Assembly: GCA_016206175.1 (NCBI GenBank)
Contig: JACQSB010000020.1
Coordinates: 39,913-103,912 of the forward strand
DNA: 64,000 bases
Direction of reading: 5' to 3'
From: Candidatus Uhrbacteria bacterium
Lineage (GTDB): Bacteria; Patescibacteriota; Patescibacteriia; JACQRZ01
Below the pieces are notes generated by a model, which saw only the letters and a program-made list of their open reading frames with translations, ran no database searches and had not been told where the DNA came from. This document shows, one piece after another, positions 26,888 to 34,638 of this stretch. Numbering within the stretch: position 1 is the first letter of the stretch; each line of letters starts with the position of its first letter. A program made the translations under genes and the position numbers.

Positions 26888-28825
26888 TCATTCAGATTCC
26901 ACCTTTTCACCCGGGGGAATCTCGAAATAGTGTAACAAAAACTCTGCTATTTCGCCAAATAAGGGAGCAGCGGAACTTTCAGCCCATTGCACGGATCGGG
27001 GCCGATCGATTTTTACAAGCATCACAAACTTTGGGTCATCAACCGGAGCAAACCCGGCAAATGAACCGATGGTCACGTTCGGATCATATCCACGGCCATC
27101 TTTGCGTGGCACTTGCGCAGTGCCGGTCTTGCCTGCCACAAAGTATCCTTCCACTCCGGCCCGTTTGCCGTGGCCTTTCCGCACCACTGTCACCATCATG
27201 CCGCCAAGCAATGAAGCCGTACGCTCCGAAATCACGCGCCGTATAATTTTTGGTTCCGTCTTTTTTACCTTACCGTCGGGTTTAACGATCTCGTCAACGA
27301 TATAGGGTTGCATGAGATCGCCGCCATTCGCCAAAGCTCCATACGCCGCGGCAATTTGCAAAGGTGTCACAGTAATTCCCTGCCCAAAGGATGCCGTAGC
27401 AAGATATATTTCACGCTTTTCTTGCAGCGAAGAGATATTGCCAGGCACTTCCGTATCCATCTCAATACCGGTAAGACTGCCAAAACCGAAATCTTTGACG
27501 AAATTACGAAACCGTTCGATTCCAATCTTTCGTGCAACGAATATCACGCCCGTATTCAATGACTTATTCAACACATCGGTCATTGTCTGCTTTCCATGCG
27601 CTTTGTTGTCAGAGTTTTTAATGGTGAATGAATTCAACGTAACCGAGCCTGTATCTGTATACATGGTATTCGGATCAACGAGCCCCAGTTCAATGCCGAT
27701 TGCCATCGTGATCGGCTTGAAGATGGAACCGGGCTCGTACGGAGTAAAAATTGCCGGGTTATTATAGCTGGACAGCGCATAGTCGCGATAATTGTCCGGA
27801 TCAAAATCCGGCACAGAACACATCGCGATGATTGCTCCCGTTTTGGGATCCAGTATAATGACGGTGCCGCCGTCAGCCTGGTGTTTTCCTACCCATGCCT
27901 TAAGACGATCACAGGCAACGATCTGTACTGTTCTATCAATTGTAAGCACGATATTGTCTCCATCAATTGCTTCAACAACGCGTTTGTCGCCAATAGGGAT
28001 CAGCGCACCGCGCGCATCAGTCTCCAATCGCAACGACCCCTCTTTCCCTTTTAGAATTTCATTGTAGTATCCCTCTAACCCATAAAGACCTCGCTCCTCA
28101 TCGCCACGATATCCAACGTACCCAAAAAGCTGCCCTCCCAACCCTTTTTCCGGATACGTCCGGTACCAAACAGGCGAAAATCCAATGCCGCCGATTGATA
28201 ATTGGCGGAGCTTTTCTACTGTTTCTGTGTCAACTTTCCGCTTTAATACCTCATAGAGATCGTTAGGTTTTGCCAGCTTGGATCGCAGGAGCTCCAATTG
28301 GTCAACTTCTGGCTCCTCAATTTCTTCACTTGTTTTTTCTTTGAAACTATCTTTCGTTTTTGCATCAGTCTCTTCTCCTTCCTCCTTTTTTATTTCATCT
28401 TTTTTTTCTTCATTTACATAACCAAGCAAGGGGGCAAGCAATTCCGCTGTCTTGATTGGATCGGCGATATATTTCGGCACGGCATACACTGTCGCATATT
28501 CCCGATTTGCTACAGCGGGAAACAGTTTGGAGCCATCTTCGAGTTTGAGAACGCCGTTCGAAATTGTCAGGCTTCCTTTCAGATCGCGTACAAAAATCTC
28601 TCCCCGTTTGGGGACGAGTTTTTTTGAATACGTATATACCCCATCAGCTGCTTCTCGATAATCTGCGTAACTTAATATCTGCAAATCAAAAAGTCGGTAT
28701 CCAAAAAAAAGAGCCGCCATAACAATCACTCCCCGAAAAAAAAGAAGCCGAGTATGCGGAAATTGCGATGCTCCTTGCGCATCATTATGGTGGCGCTTCT
28801 GCCGTGACCAGGAAAGTGTTCTCAT
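26888..28825 (-). CDS. ftsI: penicillin-binding protein 2 / FtsI-type transpeptidase
   Basis: N-terminal TM. SxxK (GSIFKP), SxN (NSDN) and KTG (GKTGTAQ) motifs. Contains a K/E-rich insertion. Confidence 0.9.
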   Translation of the reverse strand: MRTLSWSRQKRHHNDAQGASQFPHTRLLFFRGVIVMAALFFGYRLFDLQILSYADYREAADGVYTYSKKLVPKRGEIFVRDLKGSLTISNGVLKLEDGSKLFPAVANREYATVYAVPKYIADPIKTAELLAPLLGYVNEEKKDEIKKEEGEETDAKTKDSFKEKTSEEIEEPEVDQLELLRSKLAKPNDLYEVLKRKVDTETVEKLRQLSIGGIGFSPVWYRTYPEKGLGGQLFGYVGYRGDEERGLYGLEGYYNEILKGKEGSLRLETDARGALIPIGDKRVVEAIDGDNIVLTIDRTVQIVACDRLKAWVGKHQADGGTVIILDPKTGAIIAMCSVPDFDPDNYRDYALSSYNNPAIFTPYEPGSIFKPITMAIGIELGLVDPNTMYTDTGSVTLNSFTIKNSDNKAHGKQTMTDVLNKSLNTGVIFVARKIGIERFRNFVKDFGFGSLTGIEMDTEVPGNISSLQEKREIYLATASFGQGITVTPLQIAAAYGALANGGDLMQPYIVDEIVKPDGKVKKTEPKIIRRVISERTASLLGGMMVTVVRKGHGKRAGVEGYFVAGKTGTAQVPRKDGRGYDPNVTIGSFAGFAPVDDPKFVMLVKIDRPRSVQWAESSAAPLFGEIAEFLLHYFEIPPGEKVESE

Positions 28826-28847
28826 AAAAATCTTTCAATCATCGTAG

Positions 28848-28893
28848 CAAAAATAAGGACAACCAGCGAACAGAAAAGACGCTGGTTGTCCTT
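28848..28893 (-). terminator. strong terminator-like hairpin between ftsL and ftsI
   Basis: A perfect 14-bp stem, AAGGACAACCAGCG (28855-28868) with CGCTGGTTGTCCTT (28880-28893), and an 11-nt loop. It is followed on the minus strand by ATTTTTG, about 23 nt before the ftsI ATG. Confidence 0.6.
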
Positions 28894-28910
28894 ATCCCAC
28901 ATACCTACTG

Positions 28911-29273
28911 TCAGCGGGCGACGGCGACCGATTTTTGCGGCTCGAGATAAACGATGGCATTCGATGGTACGAGATGCAATGCGTTCATGCGCTGTTGAAG
29001 GGCGGCAATACTGCTTTCCTTCGCTATAACTACCTCAAGACGTTCCCGCTCTTTCACCTGTTCGGCGATTTCTTTTTCCAAATTCTTAATCGTATACCCC
29101 TTGGTCGCAAGACTGTTGATTTGTGCCAAATACCATACTCCGATGGCTGAAATCGTCAAGATCAAGGCAAGATTGATGCGGTAGATCTTTTTTGAGGCAG
29201 AATCAACCTTTTTTTCTTTCACGCATCGCACAGTGTGGAAACGATGTTTTATTTGAATAAATGATGGAGACAT
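28911..29273 (-). CDS. ftsL: FtsL/DivIC-like cell-division protein
   Basis: 120 aa with a single TM (LALILTISAIGVWYLA) followed by a coiled coil. Sits between rsmH and ftsI, as in dcw clusters. Confidence 0.6.
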   Translation of the reverse strand: MSPSFIQIKHRFHTVRCVKEKKVDSASKKIYRINLALILTISAIGVWYLAQINSLATKGYTIKNLEKEIAEQVKERERLEVVIAKESSIAALQQRMNALHLVPSNAIVYLEPQKSVAVAR

Positions 29274-29284
29274 CCGGAAAGGGG

Positions 29285-30178
29285 TTAGAGGATAGGGACT
29301 AGTACTTTTAGTGCACGAAGTTTTGCGCTGCGAGCATTTGGATTGGAATCGATTTCTTGCGCCGATGCTGTGACGGGTTTTTTTGTGAGTATTTCGGCGC
29401 GCCCAACCTGATGCAGAGTTCGAAAAAAAACTTTTACAATGCGGTCTTCCAATGAATGGAATGATATGACTACGATCACTCCACCGACTTTGAGTAGAGG
29501 TACGGCGTCTGCGAGAGACTTTTCGAGAGTACCAAGTTCATCATTGACCGCAATGCGCAATGCCTGAAATGTTCGCGTTGCGCAATGAATCTTGCCGCGC
29601 CGATAGGGCGGCGGGACTGATCGCTCAATGACAGATACCAAATCTCCGGTGGTGGCAAATTTTTCCTTTTGCCTCCGCAACACGATCGCGCGAGCAATAC
29701 GCTTTGAGTATCGCTCTTCACCATACCGATAAATCAGATCAGCAAGCTTTTGTTCCGGTAATGTATTGACGATCTGTGCTGCTGTCTCACGTTTTCCAAT
29801 CCCAAACCGCATATCGAGCGGCTCATCTTGTAAAAAACTGAAGCCTCTTTTACTGCTCTTGATCAGATCAGTTGAGAGGCCGAGGTCGTACAGAATGCCG
29901 GAAACAGGCGAAATGATTTTTGACGCCGCTGCAATATGGCGAAAAGTATCGTGAAGAATGGTAAGCCGATCGCCAAAGCGCCTGAGTCTCTCTTTCGTAC
30001 GTTCAATCGTCTCCTCGTCAAGCTCAAATGCGGCAACTTTGCCTCGCGGAGCGTTTCGTCCCAAAATTGATTCTGTATGCCCTCCACCTCCTAATGTCGC
30101 ATCGATATAATGCTCATTTGCTCTGACATCAAGATAGTGAAGCGCTTCTTGTAAAAGAACGGTCTTATGGAGGATCAT
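29285..30178 (-). CDS. rsmH: 16S rRNA (cytosine1402-N4)-methyltransferase RsmH
   Basis: DATLGGGGHTE SAM motif and the LDEETI and SFHSLEDR blocks. ATG 30178 is used here. GTG 30193 (GTGA overlap with mraZ) is the alternative. Confidence 0.92.
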   Translation of the reverse strand: MILHKTVLLQEALHYLDVRANEHYIDATLGGGGHTESILGRNAPRGKVAAFELDEETIERTKERLRRFGDRLTILHDTFRHIAAASKIISPVSGILYDLGLSTDLIKSSKRGFSFLQDEPLDMRFGIGKRETAAQIVNTLPEQKLADLIYRYGEERYSKRIARAIVLRRQKEKFATTGDLVSVIERSVPPPYRRGKIHCATRTFQALRIAVNDELGTLEKSLADAVPLLKVGGVIVVISFHSLEDRIVKVFFRTLHQVGRAEILTKKPVTASAQEIDSNPNARSAKLRALKVLVPIL

Positions 30179-30189
30179 ACCCGATCCGT

Positions 30190-30621
30190 TCACACGCCGA
30201 GTTCACCCAATTTTTCCGCTATTTCATTGCTGTCACTTTCTGTATTTGCTTTATAGGTCTTCCATGCTGAGTCATCCCAGATTTCAAGACGGTTGTATAA
30301 GCCGGCAACAACAACTTTTTTTGATAATCCGCCATATTCGCGCAAGTAATCAGGAAGGATCACTCTCCCTTGCTTGTCAATCTGGACATCCATTGCGCCG
30401 GCAAGAAGCAAACGGCTAAACGCACGGCTATTCGCTTGGCTGAACGGCAACGCCGCTATTTTTTCAGCAAGGGCATTCCATTCCTTCATCGGATAAAGAA
30501 AAAGACAATGGTCAAAACCGCGTGTGACCACTGCTCCTTTTTCCAGGTCGCCTCGAAACTTTACCGGGATGGCTAGGCGCCCTTTCGTATCGATTGAGTG
30601 ATAATATTCACCGATGAACAT
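30190..30621 (-). CDS. mraZ: transcriptional regulator MraZ
   Basis: Two SpoVT/AbrB-type repeats (DTKGRLAIPVKFR and DKQGRVILPDYLR). First gene of the dcw block. Confidence 0.93.
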   Translation of the reverse strand: MFIGEYYHSIDTKGRLAIPVKFRGDLEKGAVVTRGFDHCLFLYPMKEWNALAEKIAALPFSQANSRAFSRLLLAGAMDVQIDKQGRVILPDYLREYGGLSKKVVVAGLYNRLEIWDDSAWKTYKANTESDSNEIAEKLGELGV

Positions 30622-30850
30622 TGCTGCAGATTTCGTATCCCGAGAGCATCATTCCTTGTGCAGCAAGCCAAGTCCGCTCCTGTGCATTCGCTGCGAGAGC
30701 GAGGAGCGGAACATGGTTGCCAGTACCTCACCATACGTGAGGAAGATGAATGACACGACAAGCATGGGGATGCTTTTTAAAAATGTGGCCTTTTGAGTGG
30801 AGATTGTATTACTTTTTGTGGGATGTCAGGTTATGCACAAAAAACCCGAC

Positions 30851-30880
30851 TTATCCCCACTTTTTCCCACTTCTCACCAC
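30851..30880 (-). promoter_or_regulatory. putative MraZ operator: three GTGG(N6) direct repeats with 10-bp phasing
   Basis: The minus strand reads GTGGTGAGAA-GTGGGAAAAA-GTGGGGATAA, just downstream of a TATAAT box. A fourth GTGGAG abuts the -10 box. Confidence 0.6.
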
Positions 30881-30889
30881 GTATGAACC

Positions 30890-30918
30890 ATTATACTCCA
30901 CTTTCCTACTCTCGGCAA
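30890..30918 (-). promoter_or_regulatory. putative dcw (mraZ) promoter
   Basis: On the minus strand: TTGCCG (30918-30913), a 17-nt spacer, then TATAAT (30895-30890). It lies about 270 nt upstream of the mraZ ATG. Confidence 0.55.
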
Positions 30919-30961
30919 CCATTTATCTGTGCATAAGTGCGATTTCGCTTCTATCTCAAAT

Positions 30962-30992
30962 AAAAAAAGACCGTCACAAAACGTGAACGGTC
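30962..30992 (-). terminator. intrinsic terminator of the 336-aa gene
   Basis: GACCGT/ACGGTC stem overlapping the stop codon, followed on the minus strand by TTTTTTTTATTT. Confidence 0.6.
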
Positions 30993-32001
30993 AAATCGAG
31001 GAAAAGAACCCGCAGAAATAACCCTGTTTCCGGAACTGGGCTTCTGCGCGAACGGGAATGGTATCGAAAATTGCAAAGACGACTGCATTCAGCAAGCGCG
31101 TATAACGCGAATACGAATCCTGGTACGAAAGCGGTGGCATGCCATAGATCGCGTCGATGCGTTCGACAATATCGATATCCGCAATCGTGAACACGCCGTT
31201 TTGGTGGATCTGCGCCTTGAGCTCGGAGGTGATCCGATCCAGCTCATTGCGCGCCGCGCGGGAATTAATTCCGTGAAGGATATCCTTATTACCAACCTTC
31301 GAGAAGATCTCCTTCAGGACGCTGCCTGCAATGCTCGCTACGAGATCATGGTACGCCTCATGGCCGTACGCACCGATCAGCTGATGTGCGAACACTTCCG
31401 CGAAATACGGCCCTTGCGGACGCAGGCATCCGATTTGCTTCGTGTAATGCATCGTCTTCGCGTCTCGAGCGCGATACGCAACGACCAGCAACTGGATGCC
31501 CTTCTCCACATCTGACAATTTCATGTTTTCGCTGATAGTGACGATGCGCTTTGCTTCATCAAAACGCACGCACTGATCAGGAGACACAATCTCGACTGGT
31601 GGATCGGTAATCAAACGACCGATAGGGCCTGTGACGGCGAGCGTGAAATCCAATGGACCGTCTTTCACTCGTTCAAAAGCGCCGATGACACGGATCGATC
31701 CGTTCTGATCACGCCTGGCGATGTGCGCATGACTACGGATGAACTCCACCATCTTCACGACAGCATCCAATGATGCCACCCATGCGATTCGTTCCGCGGC
31801 TTGCAGCCACTGAAACGCAATAGTCCGCGCCATTGGATCTGTCATGGGAACGTTGCTGACAGGTGGCGGCTCGACCGGGTATGCAGCCACGCTTGGCGAG
31901 ACTGACGGCGTTGCTTGCTCGACTGCTTCAGGATTAGCAAATGCAACCAATCCTACAACGATACTTGCTAAAAAGATCGCAATGCCGGTAGCAAATCTCA
32001 T
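30991..32001 (-). CDS. hypothetical secreted protein (336 aa)
   Basis: Signal-like N-terminus MRFATGIAIFLASIVVGLVAFA. AGGAGG lies 5 nt before the ATG. Monocistronic, with its own terminator. No family recognised. Confidence 0.6.
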   Translation of the reverse strand: MRFATGIAIFLASIVVGLVAFANPEAVEQATPSVSPSVAAYPVEPPPVSNVPMTDPMARTIAFQWLQAAERIAWVASLDAVVKMVEFIRSHAHIARRDQNGSIRVIGAFERVKDGPLDFTLAVTGPIGRLITDPPVEIVSPDQCVRFDEAKRIVTISENMKLSDVEKGIQLLVVAYRARDAKTMHYTKQIGCLRPQGPYFAEVFAHQLIGAYGHEAYHDLVASIAGSVLKEIFSKVGNKDILHGINSRAARNELDRITSELKAQIHQNGVFTIADIDIVERIDAIYGMPPLSYQDSYSRYTRLLNAVVFAIFDTIPVRAEAQFRKQGYFCGFFSSI

Positions 32002-32064
32002 CTTTTCCTCCTATTTTCGTACCGACAGCTCTATCGATAGTGTAAGAAGATATGATAGGTATAG

Positions 32065-33318
32065 TCAAGGCAGGTAGTTCCTTCCTTTTAATTCATCGGG
32101 CAGACATTCCATGGCAGTCTTTGCATCCTCGTAATCATGGGCATACTGATACCCCTTGCCGTAGCCAAGGCCTTTCATCAAACCGGTGACTGCATTGCGA
32201 AGATGCAAGGGCACAGGAAGGTTGCCATACTGTTTTGCATCAGCAAGCGCAGCTTCGATGCCGCGATAGGAAGTATTATTTTTTGGCGCTCGCGACAGAT
32301 AGCAGGCAGCGTGGCCGAGAATAATCCTGCCTTCCGGCATACCGACAGCATGGACTGCCTGGAATGCCGCTACCGCAAGGGGAAGTGATTGTACGTCTGC
32401 CAAACCAACATCTTCAGAAGCAAAAATCACCATGCGGCGCGCAATAAAAAGCGGGTCTTCACCGGCATCGATCATGCGAGCAAGCCAATACAATGCCGCA
32501 TCAGCATCGGAGTTACGCATACTCTTAATAAAAGCAGAAATGACATTATAGTGCTCCTCCCCTTTTGTGTCGTACCGGAGCAGTTTCGTGTGAGCAGCTT
32601 GCCCAAGAATCTCTCGCGTGATGACTCTTTTTCCATCCTGAACCGGCGTGATTTGAGATGCAATATCTAGGATATTAAGAAGCGAACGGGCATCTCCATT
32701 TGCAAGCGAGATGAGTATAGTTCTCTCATCATCACCGATCATCACTGACTGTGCAGCGAGCCCGACAACACTATCTGTTAGCGCGCGGTCAATGATGCGA
32801 GACAGCGATGCTTGCGTGTGCGCTTCAAGCACGAATACGCGCGAACGCGAAAGTAAAGCAGAGTTCACTTCAAATGATGGATTTTCCGTTGTTGCGCCTA
32901 TTAATATGATCGTTCCGTTCTCCACAGCAGGCAGGAATGCGTCTTGCTGGGCTTTATTGAAACGATGTATCTCATCGATAAAAAGAATCGTCCGTTTCCT
33001 GTGAAGCTTCAGCGCATCAGCAGCTCTCTCAATTATATCGCGTGCTTCTTTGAGCCCGGTGTTTACGGCACTAATCGCAACAAACCGCGCTCCGGTCACA
33101 CGCGCAATGACTGACGCAATGGTCGTCTTGCCCGTGCCGGGAGGACCCCAAAAAATAATTGAATGCAACGCATCGTTTTCAATAAGGGTGCGCAGCACCT
33201 TGCCTGTGCCAAGCAGATGTTCCTGCCCGACAATATCGTCAAGAGTCTGCGGACGCATGCGGTCTGCAAGGGGGGCGTGGATGTTTTGTGACGATGGCGT
33301 ATCAAAGAGGTCTTTCAT
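32065..33318 (-). CDS. rarA: replication-associated recombination protein A (MgsA/RarA)
   Basis: WGPPGTGKTTIA, FIDEIHRFNK, and the C-terminal MgsA helical domain. ATGA overlap with the tsaB stop. Confidence 0.92.
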   Translation of the reverse strand: MKDLFDTPSSQNIHAPLADRMRPQTLDDIVGQEHLLGTGKVLRTLIENDALHSIIFWGPPGTGKTTIASVIARVTGARFVAISAVNTGLKEARDIIERAADALKLHRKRTILFIDEIHRFNKAQQDAFLPAVENGTIILIGATTENPSFEVNSALLSRSRVFVLEAHTQASLSRIIDRALTDSVVGLAAQSVMIGDDERTILISLANGDARSLLNILDIASQITPVQDGKRVITREILGQAAHTKLLRYDTKGEEHYNVISAFIKSMRNSDADAALYWLARMIDAGEDPLFIARRMVIFASEDVGLADVQSLPLAVAAFQAVHAVGMPEGRIILGHAACYLSRAPKNNTSYRGIEAALADAKQYGNLPVPLHLRNAVTGLMKGLGYGKGYQYAHDYEDAKTAMECLPDELKGRNYLP

Positions 33319-33722
33319 TGTTTTGGTGAAGTAATATTCGGCTCTTTGCCGTACTCGGGGAGTATTGGCGAAAAGATTTTTTTTCGCCGTAATTTTTTTA
33401 ATCCGGCTGCAAATATTGATTTCGTATCGTTTACATTTTTTTTCTCAACCCCGACAACCGGGATCTGCAAGGCGTACCCAAATGCGTTCGCAATTGCGAT
33501 GCCAGTACGCAGTGCGGCAAAACCTCCCGGTCCCTTTACGACCACAATGCCGGTGAGTGCAGTTGGTTGCGCTTTGGCTTTTTTGAAAAGGGCATCGATT
33601 TTATGTAACGCATCGCCCTGACGTGCGTTATGTGAAGAAAATTTTTGGCAATACTCTTTCTCCCCTTTCTTTAGGATGAGAGTCGAATCATCTCGTTGAG
33701 CGGTATCAATAAAAAGAATCAT
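33315..33722 (-). CDS. tsaB: tRNA t6A biosynthesis protein TsaB (short)
   Basis: MILFIDTA and GPGGFAALRTGIAIANAF match the YeaZ/TsaB N-terminal domain. First ATG 33722 is used. Confidence 0.75.
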   Translation of the reverse strand: MILFIDTAQRDDSTLILKKGEKEYCQKFSSHNARQGDALHKIDALFKKAKAQPTALTGIVVVKGPGGFAALRTGIAIANAFGYALQIPVVGVEKKNVNDTKSIFAAGLKKLRRKKIFSPILPEYGKEPNITSPKQ

Positions 33723-33723
33723 A

Positions 33724-34476
33724 TTACGCACCTTTCTTAGAAAATAGAACCGCGAGGGGAAATAATATCACGGCTGTACCTATTCTACGCCAACGCCATG
33801 GCTGCCGGATCAGCCGATAGAGCCACTCAAGACCTAGCAATCGCACAAACGACGGAGCGCGAGGCACTACGCCTGCAAGATAATCAAAGGTACCTCCCAC
33901 GCCCATCGCGATCTTGACTCCCTGAAGGAGTGATGAATGTCGTCTAATCCAAAGGTCTTGTGCGGGCGATCCAAACGCAACCAGAAGCGCATCTGCCCTC
34001 GACTTTACGATCCGTTCGCATACTTCCTTATCGAGCTTTGCCGAATCAACAATAGGTCCTTGTTCTACTCCGGCAATATGTAATGAAGGGTATCGCCGCA
34101 CAAGATCCTGCGCTGCACGTTGCGCTACCCCTTGCGCTGCTCCGAGAAGGTAGATGCTTTTACCGGTTCGCGCACAGATATTCGCAAGCGCGAGTGCAGC
34201 ATCCACGCCTGTGATGCGATGAAGCGAGTGTCCATATCGATATTTTGCCGCGTAGAGAAGACCAACGCCATCTGCAAGGGCAAGTACTGACGCGTCAAGG
34301 CATTCCTGAAATGGCGTATTTTTTTGAGCTTCCATGATATATTCCGGATTCACTGTGACGACATGGCGCATAGCGCCGCCATCGCAGAGCCATTTCTCGA
34401 ATACATCCGAAAGTGAAGATGAGTCAACAAGATCGATGCGCACACCAAGCATCTTGATCGCATTTCTTTGGTCCAT
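33724..34476 (-). CDS. WecB/TagA/CpsF-family glycosyltransferase
   Basis: VTVNPEYIMEAQ, LADGVGLLYAA, and C-terminal WLYRL blocks typical of TagA-like enzymes. Confidence 0.85.
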   Translation of the reverse strand: MDQRNAIKMLGVRIDLVDSSSLSDVFEKWLCDGGAMRHVVTVNPEYIMEAQKNTPFQECLDASVLALADGVGLLYAAKYRYGHSLHRITGVDAALALANICARTGKSIYLLGAAQGVAQRAAQDLVRRYPSLHIAGVEQGPIVDSAKLDKEVCERIVKSRADALLVAFGSPAQDLWIRRHSSLLQGVKIAMGVGGTFDYLAGVVPRAPSFVRLLGLEWLYRLIRQPWRWRRIGTAVILFPLAVLFSKKGA

Positions 34477-34553
34477 AGTCGCATTCTAGGCGATTTTTTT
34501 TTATTTGAAAAGGAACGCGTGCTGTACTTGACATTCGTATGCGATGATGTACT

Positions 34554-34580
34554 TTAGCAATCAATGGATTAGATTGCTAA
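34554..34580 (+). promoter_or_regulatory. CIRCE operator upstream of clpB (TTAGCAATC-N9-GATTGCTAA)
   Basis: The half-sites are identical to those of the hrcA CIRCE. TTGACA at 34528-34533 lies 20 nt upstream. An alternative promoter, TTACTC-17-TATACT (34591-34619), lies downstream. Confidence 0.85.
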
Positions 34581-34638
34581 AATACACTTCTTACTCGATC
34601 ATCAATGATGTGCTATACTGCACAAATAACACATTCCT

